Position numbers and translations under genes: made by a program | Part shown: positions 9,572 to 17,561 of the stretch, piece by piece | Layout of the letters: each line of letters starts with the position of its first letter | How positions within the stretch are numbered: position 1 is the first letter of the stretch | Assembly (NCBI GenBank): GCA_031268515.1 | Contig: JAIRXC010000011.1 | Coordinates: forward strand, 1-53,423 | DNA: 53,423 nucleotides | Reading direction: 5' to 3' | Source of the DNA: Propionibacteriaceae bacterium | GTDB taxonomy: Bacteria > Actinomycetota > Actinomycetes > Propionibacteriales > Propionibacteriaceae | The notes under the pieces: model-generated | Seen by the model: only the letters and a program-made list of their open reading frames with translations | Told to the model about the DNA's origin: nothing | Database searches by the model: none

Positions 9572-11230
9572 TCAGCGCCTACGGCCGTAGGAGCTGGTCA
9601 ACAGGCCAGACCCAAAGCAGACAAGGCCAAGTCCAAAGGCAAACAACGCCCAAGCCGCCAGCCTGAGAGAAGCCGCGGCGCCAGTGCTTGGCAGTCCGAT
9701 TTCAGCCGGCGGCGTCGGCTCACTCGGTTGGGGAGACACACTGGCATCCGCCGACGGCGTTGGCTGAGGAGAATCAGAAGGCTCCGGAACAGCCGACTCA
9801 CTAGGCTCAGGAACAGGCGACAATGTGGGCTCAGGAGAACCAGAAGGCTCAGGAACAACCGACTCACTAGGCTCAGGCGTAGGCGTCGGCGTGGTCTCCC
9901 CGGCGACAGTCACGGTCAGGCGGCCGTTGAAATATGTGTAGTCCGGCGAAGGGTAGCGGGAAGCGGTCCAGGCCAGCTCGACGGCGCCGGGAGCAGAGAA
10001 AGAAACACTGTGGGCGTCTGAGTCGATGACAGCGATGTCGTCACCACTGACAATCTTCAAAGTGAGAGGGGAGTCGTTGCCAGTCAACTGGCTGATCGGC
10101 CAAGGATAAGTCCCAGGATCGACAGTCCAGACCGCCTCCTGCATCCCGGCGCCCAACCCGAAGCCCTCTCTGTCGATGGGATCGAGTGGCGTCAGGTCTA
10201 AGATTTGATTGCCGTCAAGGGAAAGACCGATGAGACTCGTCAGGCCGCTCAATGGCGTCAAATCAGAAACCTGGTTGTTGCCAAGGGCGAGATGGCTGAG
10301 ACTCGTCAAACCACTCAACGGCGTCAAATCCGAAACCTGGTTGACGCCAAAAGAAAGATAGCTGAGACCCGTCAAACCACTCAACGGCGCCACATCCGAA
10401 ACCTGATTGACAGAAAGGTAAAGAATAGTGAGATCCGTCAAAGCGCTCAACGGCGTCAAATCCGAAACCTGATTATCGTCAAGGTAAAGATCGTTGAGAC
10501 TCGTCAGGCCGCTCAACGGCGTCAAATCCGAAACCTGGTTGCTGCCAAAGGCAAGATAGACGAGACCAGTCAGACCGCTCAACGGCGTCAAATCCGAAAC
10601 CTGGTTGCTGCCAAAGGCAAGACCATCGAGACCAGTCAAACCGCTCAACGGCGTCAAATCCGAAACCTGGTTGGAGGGAAAGTCAAGCTCGGTGAGACCC
10701 GTCAAGCCGCTCAACGGCGTCAAATCCGAAACCTGATTGGCGTTAAAGGAAAGATTGCTGAGATCAGTCAAGCCGCTCAACGGCGTCAAATCCGAAACCT
10801 GATTGGCGCCAAGGACAAGATCGATGAGACCAGTCAAACCGCTCAACGGCGTCAAATCCGAAACCTGATTATCGTCAAGGTAAAGATACGTGAGACCAGT
10901 CAAACCGCTCAACGGCGCCAGGTCCGAAACCTGATTGCCGCTAAGGTAAAGCTCGCTGAGGTTGGCAAGGTGTTCAGCTCCGGCGATGGAAGCGATCTGC
11001 GAGTCGCTACAGTCCACTCGGGTCAGATGGGTTAGCTGGTCGGCGGCGATGGGAGCGTCGGCCGCCGCCTTCAGATAGCCGTTGAGGCAAGCCCGGAAAG
11101 CGAGATCCGGGACGACGCCGCCAGACTCCTCCGCCTGAGCAGCCGGAGCGAAAGCAGCCGCAAAAGCCAGAACCAAAGGAAGGACGAGACCGCCGACAAG
11201 GGCGGGAAAGTGAGTCAACCGGAGTGACAT
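9572..11230 (-). CDS. LPXTG-anchored leucine-rich-repeat (internalin-like) surface protein
   Basis: Signal peptide, 12 consecutive 22-aa LRRs (LSGLTGLxxLxLxxNQVSDLTP), a beta-rich domain, and a PEPS-rich spacer. Ends with an LPSTG sortase motif, a TM helix and an RRR tail. Confidence 0.9.
   Translation of the reverse strand: MSLRLTHFPALVGGLVLPLVLAFAAAFAPAAQAEESGGVVPDLAFRACLNGYLKAAADAPIAADQLTHLTRVDCSDSQIASIAGAEHLANLSELYLSGNQVSDLAPLSGLTGLTYLYLDDNQVSDLTPLSGLTGLIDLVLGANQVSDLTPLSGLTDLSNLSFNANQVSDLTPLSGLTGLTELDFPSNQVSDLTPLSGLTGLDGLAFGSNQVSDLTPLSGLTGLVYLAFGSNQVSDLTPLSGLTSLNDLYLDDNQVSDLTPLSALTDLTILYLSVNQVSDVAPLSGLTGLSYLSFGVNQVSDLTPLSGLTSLSHLALGNNQVSDLTPLSGLTSLIGLSLDGNQILDLTPLDPIDREGFGLGAGMQEAVWTVDPGTYPWPISQLTGNDSPLTLKIVSGDDIAVIDSDAHSVSFSAPGAVELAWTASRYPSPDYTYFNGRLTVTVAGETTPTPTPEPSESVVPEPSGSPEPTLSPVPEPSESAVPEPSDSPQPTPSADASVSPQPSEPTPPAEIGLPSTGAAASLRLAAWALFAFGLGLVCFGSGLLTSSYGRRR
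10178..10969. repeat. 66-bp tandem coding repeats (12 LRR units)
   Basis: CAACGGCGTCAAATCCGAAACCTG recurs nearly identically every 66 nt on the plus strand. Confidence 0.9.
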
Positions 11231-11301
11231 GGCAAAACTCCAAAACTAGGCGGATATCGCACTTCCCAGACTAGTCAGAGACCCAGCCTGAATCCTGCCC
11301 A

Positions 11302-11309
11302 CCCCCCCC
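11302..11309. repeat. C8 (G8 on the coding strand) homopolymer 72 nt upstream of the LRR gene start
   Basis: Read directly in the sequence: ctgcccaCCCCCCCCgaaagcc. Confidence 0.9.
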
Positions 11310-11523
11310 GAAAGCCAAGTCCCCGGAGGGACTCAGAGACGCTGTCCGAGGGGGAGGATCAGTGCCTCAATAGTTTTTCCCGTGGCGAGCACCCGGCCAC
11401 GCAAGCCGCAGCCCAGTTCCAGCCGCGGCTTCAGCTCAAATTCGGGCGGCGGCAGCCAGGATCCCTGGCGCTGGCAAGCTGACGGCGAAGCCAATGGAGC
11501 CTCGGCGTCGCATGCTGCTGGGG

Positions 11524-13371
11524 CTACGGCGTTTGCGGCAGTTGCGAATAGACGGGCGGTGGCGGCGGCGGTTGGGCCGAGTCGTCGGCGGACAACTGCG
11601 CGTAAACCCTGGGGATGCGGGGGAAAGTCTGGTCAAGAGAGGGGCGGGGGAAAGCCTGGGTGGGCTCATCCCAGGAGTTCCGGCGCTCCGGCGCGGGTGA
11701 GACGGGGGCCGGGGCAGGCGAAACGGGGCCTGTCGAACCTGGCCAGGCGGGGCTTGATGTGGCGGCAGCGGGCGGGACTGGCCGCGGCGGCGGTCCGGCG
11801 GCGGCCGGGGCTGGCCGCGGCGCGGAACCGGACGCGGCCCGGCCGGCGGGCGCAGACGGGTAGGCAGTGGCCTGGTAGGGCGCAGTCGGATAGGCGACAG
11901 GCCGCGGCCGGCCGCTGTCGGCGCCAACCGGCCCGGCGGACGGGAAGGCCGCCTCCGGCCGCCGGCTGCCGCCTTGGGCGGTCACCCGCAGGGGTTCTTG
12001 TTCGGGGACGTAGGCCACGGACCGCTGGATGCGCCGGACGCACTGGTGGGCCGTGTCCATGGGCTGGACGACGGCGATGGCAAGGCACTGGTCGGCCAGA
12101 GTCTGGAGCATGGCCAAGGTGTCGCCGGCCAAGGCCAGCTGATGGTCGACCTCGGGCAGCAGGCGGGTCACGAAAGCGTCGTCGCGGCCTTCCGTCATCG
12201 CCTTCCAGTTGCCGATGAGATCTCGCGGCATGGCCAACAGGTCATGGAGGGATTGGATGCGTTCGGCCACCGTCGCGGCAAAACGAGCGTTTTTCTCCAT
12301 ACGCCAGCTCAGGTCGTCGAAGTCGCGGTCCAGCGTCGTGCACAACTGGCTGACCGCCCCCCGCGAACGCTCTAGGATCTCCGGGTCGGAAAAGCCGGTG
12401 GCGAATTGGCCGATCATCTCCGTGTGGATCTGGGCCAAGCCGATCCAAAAACGCGTCTGAGCGCAGGCCTGGCGGAGCGCCAAGAGGTCGCCGGGCAAGT
12501 CCGCGATGACCTTCTCGATCTCCGCGATCATCGACGCCCAAACCGTGATCGACAAGCGCATGGCGTTGAAAGAGTCTTCCTGGTCGATCTCCTGGCTGAT
12601 CGAGTCGGCGGCCCGTTTGGCGTCGTCGACCATGGGTTTGAGGGAGACAAGCGTCTTCGACAGCGAACCCCAGGTGCTGAGCAACTCAGCCTGTTGATGG
12701 GACCAGGGCATCAGCTCGCGGGCCAAGTCGCAACTGGCGGCCAGGACCGCGGCGGCGGAGCCGCCGGCGTCGTCCGGGCTGCGCGGTCCAGGCGCCCGGC
12801 GGCAGTATTCGTCCACCTCCTGCGGCAAGGCCGTCCACATGAAATCGTCGTAGGAAGAGAAACCGAGTTGGCGCAAAAGGTCGGCCAGCAATTCGGCGCC
12901 GTGCACCGAAGCGGTCTGAGCGTCGGCCCCGTCATCGCGCGCTTGGAATTCAGCGCTGCGGACAGATGAATAGAGTTTTTCGACGGCTTCGGCCGCTTCG
13001 GGCCGGCAAGGCTTCTGGGCCACCGCCAGATAGCCGCCGAGGGTGGGGCTGATCGTCACGAGAGCTGTGTACGTATTGCCGTCGGCCGGCAGGTTTTGGA
13101 GATAGGCGCAGGCCGGTTTGCCAACCTTGAGACGGTCCCAGACGAGTTTGAACAGGCCGCCTGGCATCCCCGGGTGGCGGACGGTCGAATGGGCGGCGCC
13201 GAGGAGGCGTTCGCGGGCAAAACGGGTCCAGGCCAAGAAAACATCGTTGACGTCGGTGATGACGCCGTTCTCATCGGTCACGGACAGCGCGAGAGGCTCA
13301 ACCTCGGTCGAGGCTTTGGCGGCCGGCAAGCCGCCGACCCAGGGAGTCGCAAGCCACGAGTCGCTGCTCAC
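11524..13371 (-). CDS. Soluble Aer-type PAS-domain protein with an uncharacterised helical domain and a Pro-rich tail (paralogue 1)
   Basis: N-terminus LSVTDENGVITDVNDVFL..HSTVRHPGMPGGLFKLVWDRL..AYLQNLPADGNTY. The preferred start is the GTG at 13371, preceded by AAGGAGG. The last 170 aa or so are Pro/Ala-rich low complexity. Confidence 0.75.
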   Translation of the reverse strand: MSSDSWLATPWVGGLPAAKASTEVEPLALSVTDENGVITDVNDVFLAWTRFARERLLGAAHSTVRHPGMPGGLFKLVWDRLKVGKPACAYLQNLPADGNTYTALVTISPTLGGYLAVAQKPCRPEAAEAVEKLYSSVRSAEFQARDDGADAQTASVHGAELLADLLRQLGFSSYDDFMWTALPQEVDEYCRRAPGPRSPDDAGGSAAAVLAASCDLARELMPWSHQQAELLSTWGSLSKTLVSLKPMVDDAKRAADSISQEIDQEDSFNAMRLSITVWASMIAEIEKVIADLPGDLLALRQACAQTRFWIGLAQIHTEMIGQFATGFSDPEILERSRGAVSQLCTTLDRDFDDLSWRMEKNARFAATVAERIQSLHDLLAMPRDLIGNWKAMTEGRDDAFVTRLLPEVDHQLALAGDTLAMLQTLADQCLAIAVVQPMDTAHQCVRRIQRSVAYVPEQEPLRVTAQGGSRRPEAAFPSAGPVGADSGRPRPVAYPTAPYQATAYPSAPAGRAASGSAPRPAPAAAGPPPRPVPPAAATSSPAWPGSTGPVSPAPAPVSPAPERRNSWDEPTQAFPRPSLDQTFPRIPRVYAQLSADDSAQPPPPPPVYSQLPQTP

Positions 13372-13769
13372 GCCACCTCCTTCGCACCACGCGCGCCCTG
13401 AGGCCGTGGGTGACGGACCCGGCGAAATCACCTTCGGCCCGAGCATATTCCAGCCCCGCAAGTCCTTGGGCCTTAGGTCACGGCGGGAACGCGCTTTCCG
13501 AGCCTAACACCTAGATCCGAAGATCGCCGCCTTGGGGCAAAGCCGGACTAGACGAGTCGGAAAACCGCCGTCTCGGCCGCTTGGCCTTGGCGAAGCGGGA
13601 CACGCCGGCCGGCGGCCGGCCCCCGAGCAGATGGCGTGGCCGACATCGTTCTTGCGGTACAGACAGCGCTGGCCGCCGGGATCCGCCGTATCGCGGCGCC
13701 GCCATCAGAACCGTCCCGCCTCAGCGCTACGCTGGCCGCTGCTTGGACATCACGAGGAGCTTGGGACCC

Positions 13770-15116
13770 ATGGTTGACGAATCCGTCACTTGGCCGACAA
13801 TGGCCGAGCACTGCAAACCCAGCGGACTCTCCCACGAAGTCGGCGAGGGACAACTATTTTTCTCTGTGACAGATCGGCGTGGAATCATCACAGCGGCTAA
13901 CTCCGTTTTTGTGGACCTGGCCCGCCTCCGGCGTGACCAGTTGATGGGATCGCCCCACTCGATCATCCGCCACCCCGACATGCCGGCCGGGGTCTTCAAG
14001 CTGATGTGGGATGAAATCGCCGCCGACCGGCCATTTTGCTGCTATATCGACAACCTGGCGGCCGACGGCTCCAGCTACACCGTCTTCGCCACGATCACCC
14101 CCTTCCCCGACGGCTACCTCTCCGTCCGCGTCCGGCCGCTGCGGCGCGACCTGCTGGACTTCGCCCGCGGCCTCTACAAGGCCACCCGGCCCGTCGAGTT
14201 AGCCGCCCAAACCCACGGCATCAACCGGCGCGGCGCCGCCGCCCTCGGCTACGACAAGTTCACCGAGCTGCTGGCCGAAGCCGGCTACGAGTCGTACGCG
14301 GAGTTCCAGTGGCGCGCCTTGGTGGCCGAGGCGGACGCCCGTTCCGCCGTCTCCGTCGGCTTGCAAGCCCGGCCCCAGGCCACAGGCCCGTTGGCCGCCA
14401 TGCTCATACGCTGTCAAGCCTTGTCGGCCGAACTGGGGCGCTGGTCTGGCCACCAGGTCGCCATCCAGCACATGGCCACGTCGCTGTCCGAAGCCATCCC
14501 GCACTTGCTCCACGCCGCCAAGACGGCGACGGCCACGGCGGCGGCCATCGACGAGGAAACCTTGGCCGGCGACGGGCGGACGGGGGTCACTCCCTTCTTG
14601 ACCTCGCGGCTGACCCAGTTGTCAAGCATCATCCGCGACCTCGTGCGTCAGCTCGTGGAATTCCGGCGGACTTGTTTCGACACCCGTTCCCAGGTCGCGC
14701 TGGCGCAACTCCACACCGACGCCCTCTGCCAGTTTGTCGTCGAGATCATCGACGACGGTTTGGCGGCCTACGACCAAGACGCCATCCGGCAGGTCTGCCA
14801 GGCCCTCGACCTCGACTTCGCCATCGTCGGAGAGCTGACGGAGCGGACGGCCAGCTACGCGGCGACGACCGTCCACGAACTCAACCGCGCCCACGGCCTC
14901 ATCGCCGACCACCGCTCGGTCGTCCGGCAGGCGACGGCCGGAGCCGTCCGGGCCGCCCCGGCCATCGCCCAGCAATTAGCCGGCGTCGAAGACGCCCTCG
15001 CCCTGATTGAACACTTGGGCCGTGAAGCGGAGTCGATCACAACCCCCCAAGACACCCGCTTGGCCGAAACCCAGGTGGCCGGACTCCTCGCCCTCATGGA
15101 CACGTTGTCCGACTGA
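13770..15116 (+). CDS. Soluble Aer-type PAS-domain protein with an uncharacterised helical domain (paralogue 2)
   Basis: FSVTDRRGIITAANSVFV..HSIIRHPDMPAGVFKLMWDEI..CYIDNLAADGSSY. The RHPDMP motif is as in FAD-binding Aer PAS domains. ATG at 13770 follows GAGGAG. No TM, HAMP or MCP signalling motif. Confidence 0.75.
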   Translation: MVDESVTWPTMAEHCKPSGLSHEVGEGQLFFSVTDRRGIITAANSVFVDLARLRRDQLMGSPHSIIRHPDMPAGVFKLMWDEIAADRPFCCYIDNLAADGSSYTVFATITPFPDGYLSVRVRPLRRDLLDFARGLYKATRPVELAAQTHGINRRGAAALGYDKFTELLAEAGYESYAEFQWRALVAEADARSAVSVGLQARPQATGPLAAMLIRCQALSAELGRWSGHQVAIQHMATSLSEAIPHLLHAAKTATATAAAIDEETLAGDGRTGVTPFLTSRLTQLSSIIRDLVRQLVEFRRTCFDTRSQVALAQLHTDALCQFVVEIIDDGLAAYDQDAIRQVCQALDLDFAIVGELTERTASYAATTVHELNRAHGLIADHRSVVRQATAGAVRAAPAIAQQLAGVEDALALIEHLGREAESITTPQDTRLAETQVAGLLALMDTLSD

Positions 15117-15440
15117 CAAGCCTCGCCTGGCCGGGGGTCCGGCTAGCAGTTTTGCCGCGTCCAAATCTGTGGGGCATAAAGGTCTGATCGTGGCCGCGGC
15201 GGCGGACGGGTTCCGCCGCCAACGGCTTCGAGCAGGCCTTATTTCTTCATCACGCAGGCCGGGCCGGCGGCGCTTGAAACCAACGTGATAAACGCCGGCC
15301 CAGCCTGCGGCAACGGCGTAAATCAGCTCTTCGCAGTCGAGGGGGCGTCGGCCGGCGGATGAGGGCTAGGGCCTTTTGATGGTGGGAGTCCTCACGCCGA
15401 TCTGTCCGCGCCGCTCCAGCGGCGTCCGAAATGAGGACAT

Positions 15441-15589
15441 TTAACCCTATGCCCGGGAGGACCGCCGCCGTGATGAACATGTGGGCCTTGCGCGTCTGGA
15501 CTTAGCCCTATGCCCGAGAGGACCGCCGAGCCCGTCAACGACCATCTGCACGGCTGACTTACTTACCCCTATGCCCGAGAGGACCGCCG
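15441..15589. repeat. Three 27-bp direct repeats (TTAVCCCTATGCCCGRGAGGACCGCCG) spaced exactly 61 bp apart
   Basis: Copies at 15441-15467, 15502-15528 and 15563-15589, separated by 34-bp largely unique spacers. The period is not a multiple of 3. The array ends 11 nt from the stop of the FtsX-type permease gene. Confidence 0.8.
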
Positions 15590-15600
15590 GGGCGGAATGG

Positions 15601-16908
15601 TCACCGGTTCTTGAAGTAAGCGAAAAGCCGTCGCTGGCGGACGCCGAGCGCTCCGGCCAGGGCGCCGAGGATGGTCCCGGCCAGGCTGGCGGCCGGGATG
15701 GCAGCGGCGCTCAGAGCCAGGTCACGGCGGCTGGCCGCCGGCAGTCCGGCGGTCAGTCCGGCGATCAACGGTCCGCTGGCGGCGACGGCGGGGACGGCCC
15801 AAGACAGGGTCTCCAGGACGATCTGAGCCACCTGGTCAGACTTGGCCTGACGGTGGTGGAGGGCCGAGGCGTGCTCAAGACGGCGGCGCCAGCAGGCCAG
15901 GCCGGCGATGACGGCCCCAGCGGCCGCGGCGCCAGCCCACAGCCAGGCGGTCGGCCGGCCCCGCCAGCGAGCTGCCCAGTCAGGCGGCGGGCCCAGGCTG
16001 CTGTTGTGCTGGAGCAGCTGGGGCGGGGCAGTCTGGCCGTCGCCCGACAGCCGGACGGCGGTGTAGAGCAGATCGCGAGTCTGAGAGTCATAGGCAGTCA
16101 AATCCAGCCAGCACTGGTCGAAGGCTTGGGCAGCCGGCTCCACCGTGATGAGGGCGTAGCCCAGCCCTGGCGGACGGCCGTCGGAGCTGTCGTAGACGTA
16201 GGTCCCCCCAATCGGGACGGCTTGGCCCTCGACGACGATCAGTTGGCCCACCTGGCGGTTCAAGGTCCCGGCTAGTTCGGTGGACAGCAGCGGTCCGGCC
16301 TGGAGTTGCCCGGTGGACTGAGGCAGGACGTCGGCGAAGCCGGGGCTGGCCGAATACCAGGTGGCCGGGTTGCCGGGCAACTGGGCGATGGCCAGGCCGT
16401 CGGCTCGCTGGCTCAAGGCGCCAGCCGCCCGGACGCCAGGCTGGCCGGCCAGACGGTCGCAGGCCAGGCCATCGACCAGACCGGGGGCTTGGATGATCCA
16501 AGTGTCGGCTCCCCGGTCGCCGAAGGCCGTCCGCTCGGCCAGCAAGCTGGTAGTGGCGGCGGTGTCGAGCCAGACGGCCAGCCCCGTCATCAAGCCGACG
16601 GCCAGCAACAGCCAAAGAGCCCCCGTGGCGCCCGAAGCCACGTCGGCGTGGCAGTCGGCCAACAGATCGGCGAGGCGCGTCCGGCCGGGCCAGGGCGGCG
16701 CGGGCGCGCCACTTGGATCGAGGCCGGGCCAGGGCTCGAAGGGATCGGGGCGGGAGCCCGGACCAGAGCCGGCTGACGGATCGGGGCGGAGCCCGGTCGG
16801 CGGCGGACTGCCCCGGGGCCGGTCGGGCGTGGTCATGGGAGAGGGCCTGCCGGCTGGGCCGGCTGGTTGGGCTGGTCCTCTTGGCCTGGGCCGGTCGGGC
16901 GTGGTCAT
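15601..16908 (-). CDS. FtsX/MacB-type ABC transporter permease
   Basis: Pro-rich N-terminus, a TM helix, a large extracytoplasmic domain and three C-terminal TM helices. ATGA overlap with the upstream ATPase. A duplicated start motif gives an alternative start at 16836. Confidence 0.75.
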   Translation of the reverse strand: MTTPDRPRPRGPAQPAGPAGRPSPMTTPDRPRGSPPPTGLRPDPSAGSGPGSRPDPFEPWPGLDPSGAPAPPWPGRTRLADLLADCHADVASGATGALWLLLAVGLMTGLAVWLDTAATTSLLAERTAFGDRGADTWIIQAPGLVDGLACDRLAGQPGVRAAGALSQRADGLAIAQLPGNPATWYSASPGFADVLPQSTGQLQAGPLLSTELAGTLNRQVGQLIVVEGQAVPIGGTYVYDSSDGRPPGLGYALITVEPAAQAFDQCWLDLTAYDSQTRDLLYTAVRLSGDGQTAPPQLLQHNSSLGPPPDWAARWRGRPTAWLWAGAAAAGAVIAGLACWRRRLEHASALHHRQAKSDQVAQIVLETLSWAVPAVAASGPLIAGLTAGLPAASRRDLALSAAAIPAASLAGTILGALAGALGVRQRRLFAYFKNR

Positions 16909-17561
16909 GGGAGAGAGCCAGGCTGGGCCGGCGGCGGGCCGGTGAGGTCGAGTTGGTCGCTGCAGGCGTCGCGGGTGCGGGAGTCGTGGGTGGCGATGAC
17001 GACGATGGTCCGCCGCCTGGCCAGGTGGATCAGGACGGCGTTGACCTGCTCGGCCGTGTGTTGGTCGAGCTGGGCGGTCGGTTCATCGACCAAGAGCAGT
17101 TCCGGTTCGGCGGCCAGGGCGCGGGCCAGCATGAGCCGTTGGGCCTCACCGCCCGACAGACGCCGAAAAGCCTGGTCGGCTGGGCCGGCCAAGCCGAACT
17201 GGTCCAGGAGCTCCGAGGCGGCCCGGCGGGCCTCGGCCCAGGGCCGGCCGCGAGCCAGCCAAGGCCAGGCGACGTGGTCGAGGGCCGTCCGACGAGGGCT
17301 GCCGTGGGGATTCTGAAAGACCCAGTTGAGCTGCCGGACCCCCTGGCGCCAGACGCGGCCGGCGGTCGGGGCAATCCAACCGGCCAGCAGGCCGAGCAGG
17401 GTTGACTTGCCGGAGCCGGAGGGGCCGGTGACAGCGTAGGTGCGGCCCGGCCGCAGCGTGAAGCCAAGGCCCTGGAAAAGGAACGGTTGGCCGGGGAAAC
17501 GGTGGCCCAAGCCTTCGGCCCGCACCAGAGGCTGGGTCAGGCCGGTCGGAGGCGCCGTCAT
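16905..17561 (-). CDS. ABC transporter ATP-binding protein (MacB/LolD-like)
   Basis: Walker A GPSGSGKST, signature LSGGEAQR, Walker B LLLVDEPT. ATG at 17561 overlaps the stop of the upstream gene (ATGA). The longer 448-aa track ORF is an Arg/Pro-rich artefact. Confidence 0.9.
   Translation of the reverse strand: MTAPPTGLTQPLVRAEGLGHRFPGQPFLFQGLGFTLRPGRTYAVTGPSGSGKSTLLGLLAGWIAPTAGRVWRQGVRQLNWVFQNPHGSPRRTALDHVAWPWLARGRPWAEARRAASELLDQFGLAGPADQAFRRLSGGEAQRLMLARALAAEPELLLVDEPTAQLDQHTAEQVNAVLIHLARRRTIVVIATHDSRTRDACSDQLDLTGPPPAQPGSLP

Noticed and set aside
10205-11035. 276-aa plus-strand ORF with a striking periodic RRQIRNL repeat
   Set aside because: It is the antisense shadow of the 66-bp LRR coding repeats. 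The minus-strand frame has a signal peptide, LRR consensus and an LPXTG anchor, so that frame is the real gene.
11382-12218. Arg/Pro/Gly-rich ORFs overlapping the Pro-rich tail of PAS protein 1 (11382-12218 +, 11436-11927 -, 11666-12088 -)
   Set aside because: These are low-complexity alternative frames of a GC-rich, proline-codon-rich region, with no start context or domain signal.
15441-15589. Calling the 61-bp-period repeats a bona fide CRISPR array
   Set aside because: There are only three units, no cas genes or leader in 53 kb, no internal repeat palindrome, and detectable similarity between the two spacers. It is kept as a generic repeat with the CRISPR-like geometry flagged as a finding.
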